64,000 nucleotides of DNA, from assembly GCF_000142905.1 (NCBI RefSeq), contig NW_013657665.1, positions 186,001 to 250,000 on the forward strand, read 5' to 3'. Shown in pieces: positions 44,201 through 53,900 of the stretch. A program made the position numbers and the translations under genes. Position 1 is the first letter of the stretch. Each line of letters begins with the position of its first letter. The notes below the pieces were generated by a model that saw nothing but the letters and a program-made list of their open reading frames with translations, was not told the DNA's origin and made no database searches. The DNA comes from Thecamonas trahens ATCC 50062 (Eukaryota > Protista > Apusomonadida).

Positions 44201-47200
44201 TGTACGACGATGGCGCAGCCTCGGACGGCTCACTCCCAGGCGCGTACCCAGCAGCCTCGCCGCTGTACGATGATGGCGCTGACACAGTCGATGGCGCAGT
44301 CCGGGCCTTGTACCCAGCAGCTTCGCCGCTGTACGATGATGGCGCTGACACAGTCGATGGCGCAGCTCGTGCCTTGTACCCAGCAACCTCGCCGCTGTAC
44401 GACGATGGCGCAGCCTCGGACGGCTCACTCCCAGGCGCGTACCCAGCAGCCTCGCCGCTGTACGATGATGGCGCTGACACAGTCGACGGCGCAGCGCGTG
44501 CCTCGTACCCAGCAGCCTCGCCGCTGTACGATGACGGTGCATCCTCGGACGGCTCGTTGCCGGGTGCGTACCCAGCAGCCTCGCCCGTTAGGGATGACAG
44601 CGTTGGATGCCGGCCAGAATTACCAACTGCAGAGCGGTAGATGACGTTGTAGGACGCTTCATACATCGACTCCGTACTACCAGGTGCGCGGTACAGCACC
44701 CTGGCTGATGCATCATAAGACGAGGTGTCAGGTGCTCGGTACTTGATGGAGTATGACGCGTCATACTCAGACGATACGGCATGTGTCGCAGACTTGAAAC
44801 CCTGACCGTTGTCTTGAACGCTACACGGTGGCGGCAGCGACCTCCTGTAAACCACAGCGTCGGTGCCGTATTGGATAGAAGAGGAGATAGTATCCTCGTA
44901 ATCGCCGCTGTGCGATGGCGACAACGCCTCAGTGGCGCCATGCCTGCATGTGAACCCAGTAGCATCGCCGCTGTACGATGATGGCGCTGACACAGTCGAC
45001 GGCGCAGCTCGTGTCTTGTACCCAGCAGCCTCGCCGCTGTACGACGATGGCGCAGCCTCGGACGGCTCGCTCCCAGGCGCGTACCCAGCAGCTTCGCCGC
45101 TGTACGATGATGGCGCTGACACAGTCGATGGCGCAGCTCGTGCCTTGTACCCAGCAGCCTCGTCGCTGTACGATGATGGCGCAGCCTCGGACGGCTCGCT
45201 CCCAGGCGCGTACCCAGCAGCCTCGCCGCTGTACGATGATGGCGTTGCCTCGGACGGCTCACTCCCAGGCGCGTACCCAGCAGCTTCGCCGCTGTACGAT
45301 GATGGCGGAGACACAGTCGACGGTGCAGCCCGTGCTTTGTACCCAGTAGCCTCGCCGCTGTACGATGATGGCGCAGCCTCGGACGGCTCACTCCCAGGCG
45401 CGTACCCAGCAGCCTCGCCGCTGTACGATGATGGTGCAGACACAGTCGACGGCGCAGCTCGTGTCTTGTACCCAGCAGCCTCGCCGCTGTACGACGATGG
45501 CGCAGCCTCGGACGGCTCACTCCCAGGCGCGTACCCAGCAGCCTCGCCGCTGTACGATGATGGCGCAGACACAGTCGATGGCGCAGTCCGTGCCTTGTAC
45601 CCAGCAGCTTCGCCGCTGTACGACGATGGTGCAGCCTCGGAAGGCTCGCTCCCAGGCGCATACCCAGCAGCCTCGCCGCTGTACGACGATGGCGCAGCCT
45701 CGGACGGCGCAGCTCGTGCCTTGTACCCAGCAGCTTCGCCGCTGTACGACGATGGCGCAGCCTCGGACGGCTCACTCCCAGGCGCGTACCCAGCAGCTTC
45801 GCCGCTGTACGATGATGGCGCAGCCTCGGACGGCTCGCTCCCAGGCGCGTACCCAGCAGCCTCGCCGCTGTACGATGATGGCGGAGACACAGTCGATCGC
45901 GCAGCTCGTGCCTTGTACCCAGTAGCATCGCCGCTGTACGATGATGGCGCAGCCTTGGACGGCTCACTCCCAGGCGCGTACCCAGCAGCCTCGCCGCTGT
46001 ACGATGATGGCGCTGACACAGTCGACGGCGCAGCCCGTGCCTCGTACCCAGCAGCCTCGCCGCTGTACGACAACGGTGGCTTAGACTCGCTACCGCCCAA
46101 GGGACCGTTGAACGGTAGCGCGTCCGTACCCCCGTACGATGACGACGACGGCAACGTCTCAGTGCCACCAGAAAGCGTTTGTGCTGGAGATCGCGACCCA
46201 AAGTCACCTGCCGGGTACGCGGAAGTCTCGTCATACGTCGTGCCCGGGACACGAGCATGAACTACGTACCGCGAGTCTGACGCCTCGTCGGCAGGAATGC
46301 GATACGCCACATTTTCGGGCACGTATCGCGACACATCCTCGACATACGAGACCTCGCCGTCAGAGGCGCCCTCGAGTCGGTCCGCAGCATCCTCGAGCCC
46401 AGCAACTCGCGCCTCCATGTCGTCGAGCGCCTCGTCCACGGCGTCCTGTTCGTCAGCAAGCTTCTCGGCCACCCGCCGCGCCATCGAGTCAAACGACTTG
46501 GCCATCTGCCTCACCTGCTCGCGGAGCGCTTCCTCTGGTCGCGTGCTGCTTGTTTCGGACGACTCGTCCGAAAGCACCTGCGTTTGGTGCGGCACGTTGT
46601 CCGTGGCATACACAGATCCTGTCGACAGTGGTGACGCTGTCGACTCTGATGACGACGTTGTCTCCATGAGAGCTGCTGCGATTGCTTCGTCTCCTTTGGC
46701 CACAGCAACCTCGGGTACTTTGTCCGCCATGTACTCGGATGAGACGGTGATCGAAGAGAGAGACTGCAGAGATCCGTACTCATCCGACCCGAATTCGTCT
46801 GACTTGCTCTTGTCCGACCCGTACTCGTACGACTCGTACTCGTACACGCTGCTGTCGCTCCTTGTCTCCTCGCCCGATTCGGTGTACGCAGGATCGAGCA
46901 TGCGAGTCTCCGCGACTCCAGCATCGCTCCCCCGTGGCTTTTGCGTCCTGTAGCGCCACGCATCGCGCTCTTTGGTGGCGATTGCGTCGAGCTCATCTTG
47001 CGATACTGAGCCTGCATGAGGCACAAACGCCCACTGCGACTTGTCCGCAGAACCAGCGCCGTCCATCACAGGAATAAGCAACATTGTCTCATCCTCGGCC
47101 CCGCCCACGCCATGACCATGGCCATTCTCGCCTTCGTCTCCGTGTCCGTGTCGACTCCGTCGCACCCGCCGCCGATGCCTGCCAGCACTACCATGCAGGT

Positions 47201-47594
47201 GGTGCCGGTGGCCATGCAAGTGCCGCCGGGAATGCTGGTGGTGGTGGCGACGATGGTGATGATGATGGCGATGGCCATGATGGCGACGGCCGCCACCGCC
47301 ACCGCTGTGATGACCGCTGTGATGACCGCTGTGATGACCACTGTGATGACCACTGTGCCGATGCCGATGCCGATGGCCGTGATACCGCCGATGACTGTCA
47401 CCTGTGCTGTGTCCGGTACCGTGTCCGTGCCCGTTTCCGTGACGGTGGTACCGCGACGAACGATGCCGCCGTGCCTTGACCCGCCGCACCCGATGCGAGT
47501 CAAGCGAGTGAGCCCGTGACGAGTGCCCTGATCTCACCAGCTCTTGTGATCCATGGAACTGCTCCCACGACTCGGCAGAGCCTGCAGAGTCCAT
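26252..47594 (-). CDS. Giant (~7,100 aa) Ser/Ala-rich tandem-repeat protein with His/Arg-rich N-terminus and coiled-coil spacers (frameshifts near 32023 and 29612, one gap)
   Basis: The 6204-codon ORF reads coherently to ~32023, where a G-run is one base short relative to sister repeats. The same repeat family continues to 28980 and runs into ORF 26252..28831. Start taken at MDSAGSAESW (47594). Confidence 0.85.
27970..28980 (-). repeat. Coding repeat block D: SSYSKDAAGFKPRSSS(M/T)RSSSEHEPSP (81/96-bp units)
   Basis: About 12 near-identical units visible in both DNA and translation. Confidence 0.95.
28980..33890 (-). repeat. Coding repeat block C: SSYSTDGAGFKG(H/R)SGESQP (57 bp) and SSYSTDAAGFHPRSGAAGTESQP (69 bp)
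   Basis: gtagagtaggacgacggctgcgactc recurs every 57/69 bp. Confidence 0.95.
29959..30058. other. Assembly gap (100 N) within repeat block C
   Basis: N-run; the true array length is unknown. Confidence 0.99.
34200..40600 (-). repeat. Coding repeat block B: SSYSTDQAGF.../SSYSGDYAGFQAKT... (60-69-bp units), interrupted by non-repeat sequence at ~37060-37900
   Basis: cctggtcggtcgagtacgacga recurs; 453-bp and 900-bp higher-order periods. Confidence 0.95.
41620..46080 (-). repeat. Coding repeat block A: SSYSGEAAGY(APGSEPSEAAP|KARAAPSTVSAP) (63/66-bp units), interrupted at ~44590-44950
   Basis: tacccagcagcctcgccgctgtacga recurs every 63/66 bp. Confidence 0.95.
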
Positions 47595-47761
47595 ATGCCA
47601 AGTGCCTTGTTGCCGACCTACCCCATTTCCACGCCCACCCACTCCGTCTATCTGTAAGTATCCCCATGTCCCTTCCCCGTCAACACAACAAGCAACAGTC
47701 CAGCAGCTTGCCAGGGAGAAACAGGAAAAGGGAAGAGGAGGGCGAGGGCGAGGGCGAGGGC

Positions 47762-47792
<31 letters not shown>

Positions 47793-47793
47793 G

Positions 47794-47893
47794 NNNNNNN
47801 NNNNNNNNNNNNNNNNNNNNNNNNNNNNNNNNNNNNNNNNNNNNNNNNNNNNNNNNNNNNNNNNNNNNNNNNNNNNNNNNNNNNNNNNNNNNN
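47794..47893. other. Assembly gap (100 N) between poly-G and poly-A tracts
   Basis: N-run. Confidence 0.99.
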
Positions 47894-48732
47894 TAAAAAA
47901 AAGAAAAAAAAAAGAAAAAAGAAAAAAAAAAAAAAAAAAAAAAACGTGCTGTGCTTTTCAAAAAAAAAGCTGTTGGGAGTAGGGAGTAAAAGTGAGGGAG
48001 GAGGAATGAAAAAAAGTAAAATGCCTTCGAGTAGGAATGAGCAAGGGTAGATGGGGGAGTCCCTCCGCCCACCACCCCCCCCCCACCCCCACCCCCACTT
48101 TGCACTACCACTAGCCATTCCCTCCTTCCTCCACCCTTCTTCTCCCTACCCACTACCACCACTACCATCCCTGCTACTCCCTTTTCCCTTTTTTCCCTCT
48201 CAACATACTACAGGACAGAGAGCAGGTTGGCTCTGTGAGTGACCACATAGACTACACACACCCGCTGGACTACCACCCGCCAGCGACATACCGCACAGAT
48301 TCCTCCGCCACTGTGTGCGACACACACACCCTTTTCTTCCATATCCTTCACTCACTCACTCACACTCATTCAATCATTCATTTCATTCTCCCATCATATT
48401 CCCAATCGATTCCCGCAATCACCGTATCCCCCCCCCCTCCCCCTCTCCATTCAACTCTCCTTCAGCTAACCGCCGCCCGCCACGGTCACCTTACCCTCCT
48501 CCACACCCGCCACTGTCACCCGCGACCACGTTGGAGCACCCCACTCCCACTCCTTCCACCACCACCACACACTTCCCCCCACCACCACTACCTACACTCC
48601 GCCCCATACCCACACCCTTTCCCCCCACCCACACCCCCCTCTTCCCCCCACACCCTCCCTTACGTATGTCCAATCTCTTCCTCCCCCCAACCCCCCCTGC
48701 CATTTGCCCAACCCATGCCGCTGGCCGTTGCC

Positions 48733-48800
48733 GAACGAACGAACAAACGAACGAACAAACGAACGAACGAACGAACGAACGAACGAACGAACGAACGAAC
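48733..48800. repeat. (GAAC)n microsatellite
   Basis: gaacgaacgaacaaac..., about 17 units. Confidence 0.92.
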
Positions 48801-49039
48801 CAATGATTTTTCGTTCGGTGGCCATCATGGTCCCCTCCCTCCCCCCCCCCCTCCCTCCTTCCCTCCTCCCCCCCCTCCCCCCCTCCCCCTCCCTTCCCCC
48901 GCCCCTCCCTCTCCCTGCCCATGCCACCTTTGCATGTCAAGACCACCACCACCACCACCCCCTCTCCCTCCCGTACTCACTCTGTCATGTTGACAGTGGT
49001 TGTTGTGGCCGAAGAAAAACCAAGCCAAGGAAGACTGAC

Positions 49040-50856
49040 ATGTCGTCAACCATGTCGTCGTCATCCTCCTCGTCCTCGTCCTCGTCCTCGCCATCGTCGT
49101 ACTCGTCCTCGCCGGTGGTTGAGCCGTCTTACACGGAACAACAGGAAAAGGTCCGGCGTAGGAAGACTGTGAAGAAGACAAAGAAGAAGAAGACGACAAA
49201 GGTCAAGTCCAAGTCGGGCAAGGGCAAGTCGGGCAAGAGCAAGTCGGGCAAGAGCAAGTCGGGCAAGGGCAAGTCGCTCAAGCGCGTTTACCACTCGTCG
49301 GGTGGCTTCTCGTACGAGTACCAGACCGATACCCGCTCCGGTGATGCGTCGTCGTCGGCTTCGGCCGCAGACTCGGCCGACGTGGCCGAGCTCCGTGCGC
49401 GGATGCGTGCTCTGGAGGACCAGCTCGCAGAGGCCACCATGGGCCACGGAACCCAGGCTGATCGCGTGGAGAAGGACATTTCGCAGCTGCAGGCGCTCAT
49501 TGCCGCCAAGACCCGCGACGGTGGCATCAATGGCTCGGACGGCCTCCCGCCCGTCAAGCGCAAGCGCCGCATTGTGCGTCATGCCTCGGGCTCGTCGTCC
49601 GGCTCGCTCTACGAGCTGATCAAGCTCCGCAAGCCGCCGACCTACTCGTACTCGTACTCCCCAGCCCATTCCTCGTCGTTCCGCGCTGACCCTCGGTTCT
49701 CGTCGTCGGACACAGGCGCATCATCTGCCTCGGACCGCCGCTACCGCAACGACTTTGCCGAGTTTGACGCCGACAAGGTCGGCCTCAACTATCGCTCCGA
49801 CTTTGCCGGCTTTGACGACGACAAGCTGGATCCCAACTACCATGGCGACTTTGCCGACTTTGCCGCAGACAAGGCCGGTGCCAACTACCGCACTGACTTT
49901 GCAGACTTTGACGCCGACAAGGCCGGGCCCACAAACTACAACTCCGACTTTGCCGTCTTTGCGAAAAGCTGGAAGAAGAGGTCCTCGACCACGCCGGTGC
50001 TCCGCCACCGTCAGACTCGGAGGAGGACATTGTCTGGAACAAATACGCCAAGGACTACGTCAAGTACGTTCCGCGCCGCAAGAAGTACCGTGTCCGCAAG
50101 CGCCCCAAGGTTTACTCGTACTCGGCCAGCCGCTCGTCGTCGTCGTCGTCCTCCTCCTCCTCCTCCTCCTCCTCGTACTCGTACTCGTCGTCCAACTCAG
50201 AGCTCGAGCGTCAGTTCCGCAAGCTCGCCAAGAAGTTCGACGCCCTCAACCACCAGCTCGCCTACGCCCTCGATGACCGCGACCGCCGCGTCGACGCCTA
50301 CGAGGAGGACATTGCCGCTCTTGAGGCCCAGCTCCGCCAGATGCAGCTGCAGGCCCAGATGCTCGCCATGGAGCCGACCTACTCGTACTCGTACACTTAC
50401 GAAACGTACTCGTACACCTACTCGGACTACGAGGCCCTGCCGCGCCGCGGCCGTCGTCGTATGCGCGTTGTCGCAGCCCCGTCTTACGATCGCCGTCGCC
50501 GCCGCGACATGGCCGTTGTCCTCCGCGGCGACCTCTCCGAGCGTTCCTTCGCCTCCACCTCGCGCCGCTCAGCAAAGGCCGTTCCCGACGACCTCGATGC
50601 TCGCCTCGCCGCCCTCCAGGCCAAGTTTGGCGCCATCGAGAAGAAGATCGCAGAGACAGACGCCGAGTACCGTGAGCAGGCCGACTACTTTGACCACCGC
50701 CTCAAGGAGGCCGACTCGCGGGCCGAAAAGGTCGAGAAGCTCGCCCACGGCTCGTCTGCAAAGTCGTCCAAGGCCAAGGCCAAGGGCAAGGCCAAAAAGG
50801 GCAAGGCCAAGAAGAGCAAGACCAAGAAGGGCAAGACCAAGAAGAGCAAGAAGTAA
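49040..50856 (+). CDS. Ser/Lys/Tyr-rich coiled-coil protein with five YxxDFAxF repeats (frameshift near 49965; possible upstream exon)
   Basis: ORF 48704 is protein-like from MSSTM to ...NSDFAVFAK. Adding one A at gcgaaaagct gives KLEEEVLDHAG...WNKYAKDYVKY, continuing into ORF 50341..50856 (coiled coil, KKGKAK tail). Confidence 0.8.
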
Positions 50857-50910
50857 CATGTTATCCACGCTCACGCTCCATACTACAGTACTATTATAGC
50901 AACATGGCTG

Positions 50911-53900
50911 TCAGCTCTGCACTTTGGACGCCGTCGCAGACTTGGGTGGCTTGTACGCCGACGGCAGAAGGAGCGCCTGGAACCGGTTGAACGCGTACGC
51001 CCGTTTGCCGGCGTTGAGCTCAGCATTCATCCGACGCACGCCATAACAACGCATCACAGCCGCAGTTGCACGGACCTCGTTGGCACCGTACTGCGACGCC
51101 AGGATCCGCGCATGCTCAAGCGTCGATGACATCGACGTCCGGTCTTTGGCCGACTTGCACGAGGTCACCCGCCCACCGCCGAGCATCCGCACGACATCCG
51201 CCACTCGCTGCAGAAGTGCGGACGACTTGGAAGACTTGCCGAGCTTCACCGTCCGGTGGATGGTCGCCAGCAGCGAGTAGATCTTGGTCGCCGGCGTCCC
51301 GTAGTCGTAGTTTGGGAACGCGCCACGCTGCAAGAGTACCGTCTTGCGAAAGTATCGCTGCAGCTTTCGCAGGTTGTGCTCGTTGATGTCCTGCTGCTGC
51401 TGTGCTCCGCCAAGCAAGTTGGACATGGTCTGCATCTCGTTGATGCCCTGCGAGAAGAGAACCGGCACAACCCGAATGACGTCGCCGGCCATGACTCGCG
51501 CTGGCAGCGTCACAAGCTGCGGATCGTACACCGCAAGGAGCGAGACGACCAGCCCGCCGCTGGCCTCATCTTCTTCGATTTGCACCGAGTCAGGGAGCAG
51601 GCCCACAAGGTCAGTCATCGCATCCGGTGCCTGCGCCAGCGTCGACGGCGCAGCCTGGAACCGCTCGTCGCGTTCGTCTACAATCTTGGTCTGGGTCGTG
51701 TCAAGGAAGAGCTGGTCCGGGAGCTGTGTCAGCGGTGCGGGCGGTGCGTACGCCGCTTGTGCCTTTGCCGCCACTCGTGCCTGCCGCCGCTGCCGCCGCC
51801 GAAGCGACTTGACGTCAACCACTACGGGCTCAGCCGACTCGGTCGCCCCGCGCCCACGTGCCAGCAGCTCTGATCCTGGCGGTGGCGTCCGCCGCAAACC
51901 TCGGGGAGACTTCATCGCAGGTGACCGGCTTCGCAGACTGGACGCGCCCAGCTCCTGCCCGCTAGCTGGGTGCTCGCTGCTGTCGGCTGGGGCACTCTTG
52001 TCGCTGCGGAGCCGGTTCATGACCATCGCACGTGCGCTGTGGTGGACCATCGCCTCGATATACTCTTCCAGCGAGGCCGACAAGCTATATGCTTCGTTCT
52101 CCACCACCGACGCCCGATCCTCCGCCTCGCTCGACGAGCCAAACGCCGAAGCCAATGTCGCCATCAGCTCGACCCGCCGCTCCAGAGTCAGTTCGTCGTG
52201 CCACGGCAGCTCTGACGAGTCGCCATCCGACGACGCAGACCCATCCGAGGCCTCCGCCACCAAAATTGACGGCCCATCGCCGCCATCGCACTCGTCGCTC
52301 CCCGACCGCGGCGTGTCCGAGGCTGAAAGCTCGGCCAGGTCGTCCGAGTCGGACGCCAGCAGCGTCGAGAGCAAGTTCGCGTCAGCATCGTCGTCGCTGT
52401 CGTCGTCGCCGTACATTGCGTCTGATGCCGTGCGCTTCCGCTCGGTTGCAAGATGCGACACTTGTGGGTCTGTGGCAAAGATCGAGAGGTCGCACGCCGC
52501 GAGCGACGCCGCAACCTCTGCCCGCACGCTTTCGGCGTCATCGTCGTCGCCCACCACGCCGGACCCGACGTCGGCGGCAGAGCCGGGTACCACCGCCCCG
52601 GGCCGCGCCACAGGCACAATCCGGAACGAGACTGTAGCCAACCGCTCCACCACCGCAGCCATGTCCGAGAGCATGACCGACTCTTTGCCCGACGTCGAGA
52701 GCAGCGACTCAAACTGGACCAAGTACCCATGCTCAGCCATGATGTCCAGCAGCGTCGCCTCGTCCGGCCCAAGTGGCGAGACGTCGGCGCGGAGTGCGGC
52801 GTTGACCGACTCGGCAAAGACAGTGACGAGCGCACTGACCGCCTGAGCAAATGCGGCCTCGGTCCGCAGCCGCGCCCGCCACGCCATCTTCTCCACCTTG
52901 AGCGCAGCCTTGTCCGACGAGACGTTGAGCGCCTCGGCCGCAGCCTTTTCGCGCAGCTCGAGAATGCCTGCATTCTTGCCGTAACCGTAGACATGAGCGG
53001 CAGGCGCGCCACAGGTGACCATGGAAAATCGCGCCAACGGGCTGCCTCGCACCTTGACCATCATCTCCATCACTTGCATGTTTGTCGCCACAAACCGCAG
53101 TGCCGGATCAGACTTGGTTGTCGACGGCTTGAACGCCACCTCGGTGTCAGCGTTGCTCACTTTGAGGCACGGCGCCAGAACCGACTCGAGGTACGTCACG
53201 TGGTTGTCGACTCGGTTGACGTCGGCCTGGTCAAGCTCACGCGGCGGGCCAGCCTCGACTGCGCCCACCAGCTGCGTCTCTACTAGCGCCAGCAGCTGCC
53301 GTGCTTCATCCACGTGTCGCGCAGCATACACGCCCAGCAGCGCCTTGGGCACCGAGAAGGCAAACGGCGACGGGAGCAGCGTCTCGCTGACAAGCACAGG
53401 CTCATCCGCCTCGCTCTCAAACACGTACGACTGTGCCACCGTGGCCTTGGATGACGGCACCCGCCCGAGCTGGACCACAGCCAGTCGTGCAAAGCAGAAC
53501 GGGCGCCCGCGCGTCGCCCCACCGACGTCAAGCCGGATAGAAAGCGCGCCCGTCTTGAGAAGATTGGAGACCGAGACCGCCCCCGTCGCCACCCGCTCGC
53601 CACCCATCATCGGCTCGAGCACCTTGTCCTCACTCCCGCAGCAAACCGAGACAAGCGTCTTGCCCATCGATGTCTCTGCCAGAGGCAAATCGATGTAGAG
53701 ACTGACCTCAAACTTGCCTGACGCCGCAAGCGCATCCCAAGTCCGAAGCTCGGTCTGCGCAAAGACCTGTCCGGCCGCCGCCGCCGTCGACGGCAAGCAG
53801 CTCGAGCCGCCGCCGCTGATAGCTGGACTCAGCCCAGCCACCTGCCGATCGCTGCTCCCGTGCCTCAGCGGCGATGGGGAGACAAGCGATGGGTCAATTG

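Noticed and set aside
27970-46080. CRISPR-like appearance (conserved ~25-bp core with variable intervening sequence)
   Set aside because: The intervening sequences are themselves repeated, unit lengths are multiples of 3 in a coding frame, there are no cas genes, and the context is eukaryotic.
41671-46260. Long plus-strand ORFs (989 aa and 442 aa; YPAASPLYDDG repeats) and other alternative-frame ORFs across 27727-46258
   Set aside because: Shadows of a stop-poor repeat. They end at or near the non-repetitive spacers, whereas the minus-strand frame stays open through them.
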